From Candidatus Limnocylindrales bacterium (lineage in GTDB: Bacteria; Chloroflexota; Limnocylindria; Limnocylindrales; CSP1-4), in assembly GCA_035308445.1 (NCBI GenBank), contig DATGGQ010000030.1:52598-116597 (forward strand): DNA of 64,000 nt. The letters are read 5' to 3'. Shown in pieces: positions 57,096 to 64,000 of the stretch; positions within the stretch are counted from its first letter, which is position 1, and each line of letters opens with the position of its first letter. The notes below the pieces were generated by a model. The model made no database searches and had not been told where the DNA came from. It saw only the letters and a list, made by a program, of their open reading frames with translations. A program made the position numbers and the translations under genes.

Positions 57096-57757
57096 TCGAT
57101 CGCCGCCCGCGATTCGACTCCGCCGAGGTCCGCAGTGACGATGGCGCCGTCGGCGAGGACGAGCTCCGTCTCGCCTCGGAGGCTGCTCGGCTCGTCGAGC
57201 AAGCGGCCTCGCGCACGTCCGCGGCCCGCGTCGACGTCTCGTTCGGCGACCGGGTGATGGCCGCCGTCCATGCCGAGCCGATTCCCAGGCGCGGCGGCTT
57301 CCTGGTGCCGTTGCGCCGCCAGCCGGACGCCCGGGGCTTCGTCGCGAGCCTCGGCGCGGCCGTCCGAATCGCCGGAGGCGTCGGCTTCGGGCCTCGGGCT
57401 CGGGCGACGGCCCTAGCCTACGTGCTGGTCATCATGCTGGTGCTCGGCTCGGTTGGCGGAGCCGCCGCGTACGGAGCGGCGGGCGTGTTCGGCTGGCTTC
57501 CCGTTCCAGCAGCAAGCGCCGGCCCGACGGTGCCGCCGAGCGCGCCGGCCAGCACGATCCGCCCACGGGAGAGCGAGGAGCCCTCCGGCGAGCCGGAGGA
57601 GTCGGAGTCACCGGCCGAGACCCGCGACGCGGGCGAGGGCGCCGGCCCCGGATCGACGCCGGAGACCAACGGCGCGGGCCAGACGGAGCACGATGACGAT
57701 GGCCCCGACTCGTCGTGGTCGGGCACGGGCTCAGGAGCGGGTGCCGGCTCCAGCTAG
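57092..57757 (+). CDS. Putative anti-sigma factor (single-pass membrane protein, acidic C-terminal tail)
   Basis: GTGA overlap with the sigma factor stop. One TM helix ALAYVLVIMLVLGSVGGAAAYGA. Low-complexity Glu/Ser/Gly-rich C-terminus. Confidence 0.55.
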   Translation: MIDRRPRFDSAEVRSDDGAVGEDELRLASEAARLVEQAASRTSAARVDVSFGDRVMAAVHAEPIPRRGGFLVPLRRQPDARGFVASLGAAVRIAGGVGFGPRARATALAYVLVIMLVLGSVGGAAAYGAAGVFGWLPVPAASAGPTVPPSAPASTIRPRESEEPSGEPEESESPAETRDAGEGAGPGSTPETNGAGQTEHDDDGPDSSWSGTGSGAGAGSS

Positions 57758-58423
57758 CGTCTCCTCGGAGTCCGCGGCCTCTGCCATGGCGGCTTCCGCT
57801 GCGGCCACCGCCGCCTTGCGACGCGCCCGGGCGGCCTTCGGCGCCCCGGTTCCCTCGGTGGCGACCCCGAGGATCTGGCTGCGCTGGATCAGCGCGAACG
57901 GGTAGCGACCCGCGAGCCGGCGATCGGCGAGCCAGCGAACGCGGACGTTGGCCATCGGGATGAACTTCGGGTCGGTGCTGTCCACGAACTGGATGAGGCC
58001 GCCGGACTCGTGGATGAAGGCATAGCCGTAGATGATGTGAGCCCGGGTCATCACGACGAGGCGCCGCATCTGCTTCGGGATGACGACATGGCCGTCGTTC
58101 GCCTCGCCGAGCGGGGCCACCACGAGCTGGCCGACGATCGCGACGTCGTCGAGCCGGACGCGGAGCTCCGGCAGGGTGATCCGGGTGGGCGCGCCCGTCC
58201 GATCGAGGAGCACGACGTCCCGCAGGCGGAAGAACCCGTCGAGCAGGTTGACGTAGTCCGAGATCCGCCGGAATCGCCCGACGTCGGCGACGCCGGACGC
58301 CCGCAGGTGCGTGCCGATCAGCTCGAGGTAGGCCTCGTTCGCCTCGCCCGGCGCACCCAGCGCGCCGGCGGTTCCGTCGGCCCCCGGGCCTGAGCCCCAG
58401 GGATCCCCGAACGCGTCGCTCAC
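57731..58423 (-). CDS. Hypothetical protein, last gene of the Tad-like operon
   Basis: GTG start 4 nt after the TadG-like stop. 230 aa with coding-like composition (RISDYVNLLDGFFRLRDVVLLDRTGAPTRITLPEL...). Confidence 0.5.
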   Translation of the reverse strand: MSDAFGDPWGSGPGADGTAGALGAPGEANEAYLELIGTHLRASGVADVGRFRRISDYVNLLDGFFRLRDVVLLDRTGAPTRITLPELRVRLDDVAIVGQLVVAPLGEANDGHVVIPKQMRRLVVMTRAHIIYGYAFIHESGGLIQFVDSTDPKFIPMANVRVRWLADRRLAGRYPFALIQRSQILGVATEGTGAPKAARARRKAAVAAAEAAMAEAADSEETLAGAGTRS

Positions 58424-58427
58424 CGGC

Positions 58428-60161
58428 CTACTGTACGAGGCCGTAGGCGAACGGCGTCGCGAACGCGTTCCGGCGGTAGGCGAAGTAGAAGTTGTTGTTG
58501 CCCGCGAGGGTCAGGTCCCAGCACACGAACTGGAGGGTGTTCTGGGCATCCGCACCACCGCCGGTGCCGCACGACGATCCGCCGAAGTCGACCTCGGCTC
58601 CGGCCGCATACACGGTCCCGGAGAGGACGACGCACGATCCGCCGGTCATGCCGACGATCGGCTGGGTGGTCGAGGCGCTCGGCGCCGGCGTCCGGGCCTG
58701 CCAGACGACGAGGTTCTTGTAGCTCGCGAAGGTCGTGCTGTTGGCCGTGGATCCGTTCGAGGCCACCGTGTCGTAGGTCGGGTTGTAGGCCCGCAGGAGC
58801 AGGACGCCCTGCGAGCCGTTGTTGATCGTGTCGGCCGACGAGCCGTTCGTCGACCACGTCCCCGGGCTGTCGGCCGGCGCGTTATAGATCAGCACCCCGC
58901 AGCTCGACAGCGCCGCGGCCGGCGTCGGGGTCGCGGTCACCACCTGGCAGTCGTTCTGCCAGTTGGTCCCGACCTGCGTCGTCGTGAGCTGGCACGAGCC
59001 GTTGTTGTTGTTGGTCGGGTTGCAATAGCGGGTGATGGCGTTGGCGTCGGTGCAGGAGTTCGCGACGGACGTGCCGATGCAGTTCCCGGTCAGTGACGGG
59101 ATCGCGATGATCTGGGCCGCGGAGCTCTTCAGCTGCACGCCGCCGCCGGCGATGTAGTACACGCCGGGCCGGAGCAGCAGCGTGGACGGCTGGCTGCCGT
59201 TGGCCGCGAGCAGGCCACCGGTGTAGGTGCCCGGCGAGAGGACGCAGGCGACCTTCGTGTTCTTGCAGTGCCCCTGGCCGGTCGTCGCCACGTCCTCGGC
59301 GGGGAGCGAGCTCGTCGTCCCGAGGCAGTCGGTGCCGCTCGTCGCATGGCACGGCTTGATGAGGCCGGCGAGTGGATCCGGCAGCAGCGGCCGGTAGTTC
59401 TCGGTCGGGGTCGGCGTGATCTTCGAGACCGTACCGGACGAGACCTGGCCGCCCGTCAGGAGCCGAGCGCCGTTGAGCATCGTCATGCTGAACGCCGAGT
59501 TCTGGGCCTTGACCGAGCCGTTGCTGCTGGTGGACAGCGTGCAGGTCGAGTCGACCATGATCGAGCCCTCGTAGGTGAGGGTCACGCCGCCGTTGATCAG
59601 GTACGAGGAACAGCCCGTTCGCGTGCCATGGCCGGTCCAGTTCGGGTCCGAGGGGTCGAGCAGGGCCACGGAGTAGTCGCCGTTCGTGATCTGGCCGTTG
59701 ATCCCGGTGCTGCTCGTGGCGACGGTGTTGGCCGAGGCGCCGAACCACGAGGGCCCGTTCAGCGACAGGTTGACGGTGACCGCGACGCTGCCGTAGGCCG
59801 ACGTGCTGGGGCAGGACATCGTCATCCGAGAGGTGACCTGGGCCGCCGTCCAGCCGAGGTTCGTCATCACGCTGGCCTTGGCCGCGGTGTAGAGATCGTT
59901 GCCGGAGCCCGATGACGCGATGCGGGTCGACGTGCAGCGGTACTCGCCGCTGGCGCCCTGCATCATGATGTTGGCCGCCGCGAGGGCCGCCGAGTCGCCG
60001 GCGTTCTGGAGCTGGCGCCGCAGGACGAGGTCGCCGGCCGCGCTATACAGGACGGCGGCGAGCAGCGTGATCGTCGTCAGCATGAGCGCGAAGAGCACGA
60101 GCACCTGGCCTTGCTCGGTCGGCCGCTCCGGGCCACCCTTGGCCTTCGTCCAGCGTCGCAT
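58428..60161 (-). CDS. TadG-like Flp-pilus-assembly/pseudopilin protein with large Cys-, Ser-, Thr-, Asn-rich extracellular domain
   Basis: ATG 60159-60161. N-terminus MRRWTKAKGGPERPTEQGQVLVLFALMLTTITLLAAVLYSAAGDLV is the TadE/G N-terminal helix. 577 aa with more than 20 Cys and long S/T/N/G tracts. Confidence 0.65.
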   Translation of the reverse strand: MRRWTKAKGGPERPTEQGQVLVLFALMLTTITLLAAVLYSAAGDLVLRRQLQNAGDSAALAAANIMMQGASGEYRCTSTRIASSGSGNDLYTAAKASVMTNLGWTAAQVTSRMTMSCPSTSAYGSVAVTVNLSLNGPSWFGASANTVATSSTGINGQITNGDYSVALLDPSDPNWTGHGTRTGCSSYLINGGVTLTYEGSIMVDSTCTLSTSSNGSVKAQNSAFSMTMLNGARLLTGGQVSSGTVSKITPTPTENYRPLLPDPLAGLIKPCHATSGTDCLGTTSSLPAEDVATTGQGHCKNTKVACVLSPGTYTGGLLAANGSQPSTLLLRPGVYYIAGGGVQLKSSAAQIIAIPSLTGNCIGTSVANSCTDANAITRYCNPTNNNNGSCQLTTTQVGTNWQNDCQVVTATPTPAAALSSCGVLIYNAPADSPGTWSTNGSSADTINNGSQGVLLLRAYNPTYDTVASNGSTANSTTFASYKNLVVWQARTPAPSASTTQPIVGMTGGSCVVLSGTVYAAGAEVDFGGSSCGTGGGADAQNTLQFVCWDLTLAGNNNFYFAYRRNAFATPFAYGLVQ

Positions 60162-60172
60162 CTGTCCCCTCG

Positions 60173-60703
60173 TCAGTTGTTGATCAGGACGGTGGAATGG
60201 GCGTTCACCGTGAAACCGCTGAGGCCCAGGAGGCGGCCCGTGAGGATCGGGACCGTTGACTGGACGGTGACCGTCACGTAGGTCCCGCGGACGTTCGTCA
60301 CGCCCGACTGGTCGGTGTCGCCGCTGCACGAGGTCGTGGTGTAGTAGCAGACCCACACCGTGGAGCTGCCGCCCGAGGCGATGAAGTAGGCCTTCGTCGC
60401 ATCCCGGATCGGCTGCTTCGAGTCGGGCGACCACGCCGGGCAGCCGGTGGCCGGCGTGCCCGACAGGCCCGGACCGACCGGGCAGCTGGTCAGGAACGAG
60501 CCACCATGAATGGACGCATATCGCGCGCCCTCCCGAGCGGCGTTCGTGATGTCGTCCGTGGCCCAGACGACCCGCCCGACGTCGATCATCCCGAAGACGA
60601 CGAGCAGGAAGATCGGCAGGACGATCGCGAACTCCGCGAGGCCCTGGCCGGCGTCGAACCGGTCGCCCCGGCGACGGTGAGCCAGGCGGCGAAGCAGGTG
60701 CAT
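60173..60703 (-). CDS. TadE-like protein (Flp pilus assembly pseudopilin)
   Basis: TadE motif RGDRFDAGQGLAEFAIVLPIFLLVVFGMIDVGRVV. ATG 60701-60703 lies 1 nt after the upstream TadE-like stop. Confidence 0.7.
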   Translation of the reverse strand: MHLLRRLAHRRRGDRFDAGQGLAEFAIVLPIFLLVVFGMIDVGRVVWATDDITNAAREGARYASIHGGSFLTSCPVGPGLSGTPATGCPAWSPDSKQPIRDATKAYFIASGGSSTVWVCYYTTTSCSGDTDQSGVTNVRGTYVTVTVQSTVPILTGRLLGLSGFTVNAHSTVLINN

Positions 60704-60704
60704 C

Positions 60705-61277
60705 TCAGCGCCCCACAATGGTCGAGACCGTCCGGTCGGTTCGAACGACCCACGTGCCGTTCTGGAGCCACGGGTAGGACACGAACATTCGGAACGGGAT
60801 GCAGGCGGTGACGTCGACCTTGGCAACCGGGTACTGGTTGCTGCCGCCGTCCGCTACGCTGACGTCGGGGCTCGAGAGGCTGGCCCAGACCTTGGGCGAC
60901 GTGCAGTCCGTCTGGGACGAGGACTTCGTGAAGGTCCGGCCGGTCGCCCCGTCGAGGATCGTCTTCGCGTCGGTCGTCGGTGCCGAGCTGCACGGATACG
61001 TCGAGCAGTAGTTCGTCGAATCGGTCGAGTCGTAGTAGCCGCCGCCGCTCGAGGACAGGGCCGGGTCGCTGGCGACGTACTGGGCCGCGTCGCGGGTCGC
61101 GGACTCGAGGTCGATCCACTGGAAGAACAGCCGGGCGTAGTCGACGCCCATGCCGAGGAGGGCGAGCATCACCGGCAGCACGAGGGCGAACTCGGCCAGG
61201 GACTGGCCGCGGCTCGGGCGGTGGCGTGGGCGCCGGCCGGCGGGATCGCGCGGGGATCGAGTCAGTGGACTCCTCAA
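60705..61277 (-). CDS. TadE-like protein (second copy)
   Basis: Motif RGQSLAEFALVLPVMLALLGMGVDYARLF. The only in-frame start is TTG 61275-61277. The start is uncertain. Confidence 0.6.
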   Translation of the reverse strand: MRSPLTRSPRDPAGRRPRHRPSRGQSLAEFALVLPVMLALLGMGVDYARLFFQWIDLESATRDAAQYVASDPALSSSGGGYYDSTDSTNYCSTYPCSSAPTTDAKTILDGATGRTFTKSSSQTDCTSPKVWASLSSPDVSVADGGSNQYPVAKVDVTACIPFRMFVSYPWLQNGTWVVRTDRTVSTIVGR

Positions 61278-61385
61278 GGTCGACCTGGTCCTCGCTCGGG
61301 TACGTACGTACTACGCGGGCAGTTTCCCGGCGGCACCTTGCAACCTACGTTGGAACGGTGCGTTCGCGCATAGCCCGGAAGGACC

Positions 61386-62000
61386 ATGGCGGCTCGCGAG
61401 ATGGTCCCTGCGCGCGGCGAGTACGCTCCCGGCGTGATCGTCGTCGTGCGGGGCCGGACCCCCGATAGCGCGGCGTCTGACCTCGCCCGCACGACCGCCG
61501 AGCGGGTGGCCTCGGCGGGCGATGCCGTCGAGCTCGTGGCGGCGGTCCCGGCCGATGCCGGCGGGGATCGATACCTCCTCGGGTTGCGCACGGCGAAGGT
61601 CGGGCACGCGGCGGTGCTCCGGACGCCGGCGCCGGCGCTGGAACCGGCCGACCTCGACCTGGCGCTTCGCTACCTGCCCGACGTCCGGGCGATCGTCCTC
61701 GTGGATCCCTCACCGGGCACAACCGGGATCGCTGCCGCGTCGGCCGCCTGGTCGGGCGCCGGGCTAGTGGTCGTCGGGGCCGGGGCGGACGGCTCGGACG
61801 GCGCGGACGACCCCGGCGGATCCGAAGGCGACGATCGGACGATCACCGTGGCCGGACCCGCCGCCGATCCCGACGGCGCGTTCGCGGGCTTCGTCGCGGC
61901 GCTTGCGATCCGGCTCGCCGGTGGCGCGAGCCCGGCCGGCGCGTGGGCGGACGCGACAGGCGCGCTCGGGGTGGAGGCGGTCAGCCCTTCCGGGTCCTGA
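61386..62000 (+). CDS. Hypothetical protein
   Basis: ATG start, divergent from the Tad-like operon. 204 aa, Ala/Gly/Asp-rich with coding-like GC3. No motif recognised. Confidence 0.4.
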   Translation: MAAREMVPARGEYAPGVIVVVRGRTPDSAASDLARTTAERVASAGDAVELVAAVPADAGGDRYLLGLRTAKVGHAAVLRTPAPALEPADLDLALRYLPDVRAIVLVDPSPGTTGIAAASAAWSGAGLVVVGAGADGSDGADDPGGSEGDDRTITVAGPAADPDGAFAGFVAALAIRLAGGASPAGAWADATGALGVEAVSPSGS

Positions 62001-62742
62001 GCGCGGCTTCGGGGAACAGCTGCGGCTCCACGGCGGTATCTGCGGATCCCGCCGCCGGATCCGACCCGACCGGGGCCACCAGGTCCGGACCGTCGTTCCG
62101 GACGTCGTTGACGAGGCGGCTGACCCGGTACATCCGCAGCTCGTCGTCGCCGGCCGGCTCGAGCAGGCCTCGCAGCTCGCGCAGGTCGCTCGGCTTCGTC
62201 AGCGTCGGGTCCAGCCATTGGTCCCAGGCCGACTCGGGGATGAGCACCGGCATCCGGTTGTGGACGGGCTTCATCATCTCGTTCGGCCCCGTCGTCAGGA
62301 TCGTGAACGAGCGCGTGACCGCGTCAGTCTCCGGGTCCTTCCAGCCGGCCCACAGCCCGGCGAGTGCCAGGGGCCGGCCGTCGGGCTTCACGACGGCGAA
62401 CGGCGTCTTCACCTTGCCGTCGCGCTGCCACTCGTAGAACGCGTCGACCGGGACGAGGCAGCGCCGCTTCCCGAACGCGTACCGGAACGCCGGGTTGCGA
62501 TCGATGGTCTCGGAGCGAGCGTTGAACATCCGGTTCCCGGTGTCCTTCGACTCGGACCAGTGGGGGATGAGGCCCCACCGGAACGCAGTGACCGCCCGAT
62601 GCTCGTCGCGCTGCACGACGACGGCGGCATCGTCGGTCGGCGCGACGTTGAACCGCCCTCCGGGCAGGTCGACCCGGTCCTCCGCGCCGAAGATCTCGGC
62701 GAGCTCGGATGTCGAGCGCTCTTGGGCGAACCGGCCGCACAT
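61981..62742 (-). CDS. SOS-response-associated peptidase (SRAP/YedK family), abasic-site DNA-protein crosslink enzyme
   Basis: Invariant N-terminal MCGRF (Cys2 nucleophile) and the downstream SRAP blocks (NARSET, FYEW). 253 aa. Confidence 0.8.
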   Translation of the reverse strand: MCGRFAQERSTSELAEIFGAEDRVDLPGGRFNVAPTDDAAVVVQRDEHRAVTAFRWGLIPHWSESKDTGNRMFNARSETIDRNPAFRYAFGKRRCLVPVDAFYEWQRDGKVKTPFAVVKPDGRPLALAGLWAGWKDPETDAVTRSFTILTTGPNEMMKPVHNRMPVLIPESAWDQWLDPTLTKPSDLRELRGLLEPAGDDELRMYRVSRLVNDVRNDGPDLVAPVGSDPAAGSADTAVEPQLFPEAALRTRKG

Positions 62743-62767
62743 CGGTTTCCAAGTATCCTCCGGCGCG

Positions 62768-64000
62768 ATGGATGCACCCGGCATTAACCCGCCCCCGGCG
62801 GGGATCGCGGACCTCGACGCAGCCCGGGCGTCGCAGGGACCCCTTCCCGCCGCGGTTGCGCACGCCCTGCTGGATCGGGGCCGGGAGCGACTCGATGTCG
62901 GCGAGCCGCAGCAGGCCCTCGCGGACTTCCAGCGGGTCGTCGGGCACGGTGATCCGGCGCTGACCTCCGAGGCCTGGCTCGGCACGGGCGATGCGCTGTA
63001 CCGCCTCGACGCCGAGGGCCAGGCCCTCCGCGCCTGGGACGCGGTCACGAAGCTGCCCGAGACGCCGAGCACGTACCGGGCCTGGCGCAGCATCGCCGGG
63101 GCGCGGGTGCGGGCCAACGAGCTGGCCGAGGCTCGCGACGCGTATCGCGAGGCCGATCGACGGGCCCCGGCCGCGGACAAGGCCGAGATCGCGAGCCGGC
63201 TCGGCTGGCTGAACAAGGAGCTGGGCAACAGCGGCGCGGCCAACCGCTATTTCGCCCGGAGCCGCGGATCCGGGCTCGTGATCGGCGCGGCGCTCGGCGT
63301 CGTCGCGATCACCGTCCTGGTCTCGGTCGTGGCGTTCCTGCAGGCCCCGGCGACGACGTGGCCGGATTCGGGCCCGCCGGCCGGCTCGCTGTATGCCCTC
63401 CTCTGGCTGGATCCGACGCTCGTCGTCCAGGGCCAGGTCTACCGGCTGCTGTCGGTCGTCCTGCTGCACTCGCCCGACCCGACGTTCTTCCTCATCCACC
63501 TCGGGTCGAACATGTACGCGCTGTACCTCGTCGGCCCGATCGTCGAGCAGATCTGGGGCTGGCGGATGTTCCTGACGTTCTACGTCCTGACCGGGATCGC
63601 CGCGTCGACGGCGAGCCTGGTCTTCTCGGCGGCGCCGGCGGTCGGCGCCTCGGGCGCGATCTTCGGACTGATCGGGATCCTGTTCGCCGGCACGCGGGTC
63701 CACCACCCGATGCTCGATCGGCGGACGCGGGCGATCGTCGGCCAGCTCGGGTTCCTGATCCTGCTGAACCTCGGGATCGGGTTCGCCGCGGGCGGGTTCA
63801 TCGACAACGCCGCCCACATCGGCGGCCTCGTGTCGGGGATCTGGCTGGGGCTCGTCGTCCAGCCCGGCAAGGTGCCGACGCTCCGGTCGGTCTGGCAGCA
63901 CCCGGGCGGCCAGCCGACGACCCAGTCACCGCTGCTGGTCGCGGCCGGAATCCTGCTGCTCGTCGCCGTGATCGCCCTCGGCCTCGCCTTCGCTGGCGTC
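62768..64000 (+). CDS. Rhomboid-family intramembrane serine protease with N-terminal TPR-like cytoplasmic domain. The 3' end runs off the window.
   Basis: ATG 62768. Helical N-terminal domain, then TM helices with the rhomboid catalytic GASGAIFG (GxSG) and the His in NAAHIGG. No stop before 64000. Absent from the ORF track because it is incomplete. Confidence 0.75.
   Translation, partial: MDAPGINPPPAGIADLDAARASQGPLPAAVAHALLDRGRERLDVGEPQQALADFQRVVGHGDPALTSEAWLGTGDALYRLDAEGQALRAWDAVTKLPETPSTYRAWRSIAGARVRANELAEARDAYREADRRAPAADKAEIASRLGWLNKELGNSGAANRYFARSRGSGLVIGAALGVVAITVLVSVVAFLQAPATTWPDSGPPAGSLYALLWLDPTLVVQGQVYRLLSVVLLHSPDPTFFLIHLGSNMYALYLVGPIVEQIWGWRMFLTFYVLTGIAASTASLVFSAAPAVGASGAIFGLIGILFAGTRVHHPMLDRRTRAIVGQLGFLILLNLGIGFAAGGFIDNAAHIGGLVSGIWLGLVVQPGKVPTLRSVWQHPGGQPTTQSPLLVAAGILLLVAVIALGLAFAGV

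Overview
This is a high-GC (~70%) chromosomal segment that looks actinobacterial, read by eye. It is gene-dense: I support about 66 protein-coding genes, 2 tRNAs (Arg-TCT, Lys-CTT), 2 hairpin terminators and 2 families of tandem direct repeats. No integrase, transposase, CRISPR or cas genes are present. Many of the long ORFs in the six-frame track are antisense artefacts of high GC; I kept only ORFs whose translations resemble proteins. Modules from 5' to 3': (1) a partial DNA methyltransferase and tRNA-Arg. (2) A secreted copper-handling unit, from 1666 to 8776, all on the + strand: a YcnI-like protein, a CopC-CopD fusion and a HxH lipoprotein, followed by two paralogous membrane-anchored secreted proteins of unknown family that flank an orphan solute-binding protein and a CPBP protease. 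(3) An NhaP antiporter, MFS and EamA transporters, and an acyl-CoA dehydrogenase with a GMC oxidoreductase. (4) A cupredoxin -> ECF sigma -> Ogt operon, in which Ogt carries a C-terminal Ada-type zinc finger. (5) A lipoprotein whose only plausible start is ATC, coupled to a mutase large subunit with isobutyryl-CoA-mutase signature residues. The matching B12 subunit and MeaB lie 10 kb downstream, heading an hbd/acyl-CoA dehydrogenase/thiolase/reductase/aldehyde dehydrogenase operon. (6) An ArsR-thioredoxin pair, a threonine dehydratase, a histone-deacetylase-like protein, folE, and two DinB_2/ClbS-like paralogs. (7) An ~800-bp non-coding region (32672-33460) that holds a spacer-less array of ~18-bp repeats, a 27-bp repeat pair and three 33-bp iterons, all upstream of an XRE regulator. 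(8) A LuxR/LAL regulator with an ECF sigma factor, then carA and carB. (9) An M16 peptidase pair, a sigma/anti-sigma pair, and a partial Tad-like pseudopilin locus (two TadE-like genes plus a Cys-rich TadG-like gene) with no ATPase or platform genes in the window. The window ends with an SRAP peptidase and a partial rhomboid protease. The most unusual items are the repeat-laden intergenic region, the paralog pair in the copper locus, the ATC start, and the Ogt-Ada fusion.
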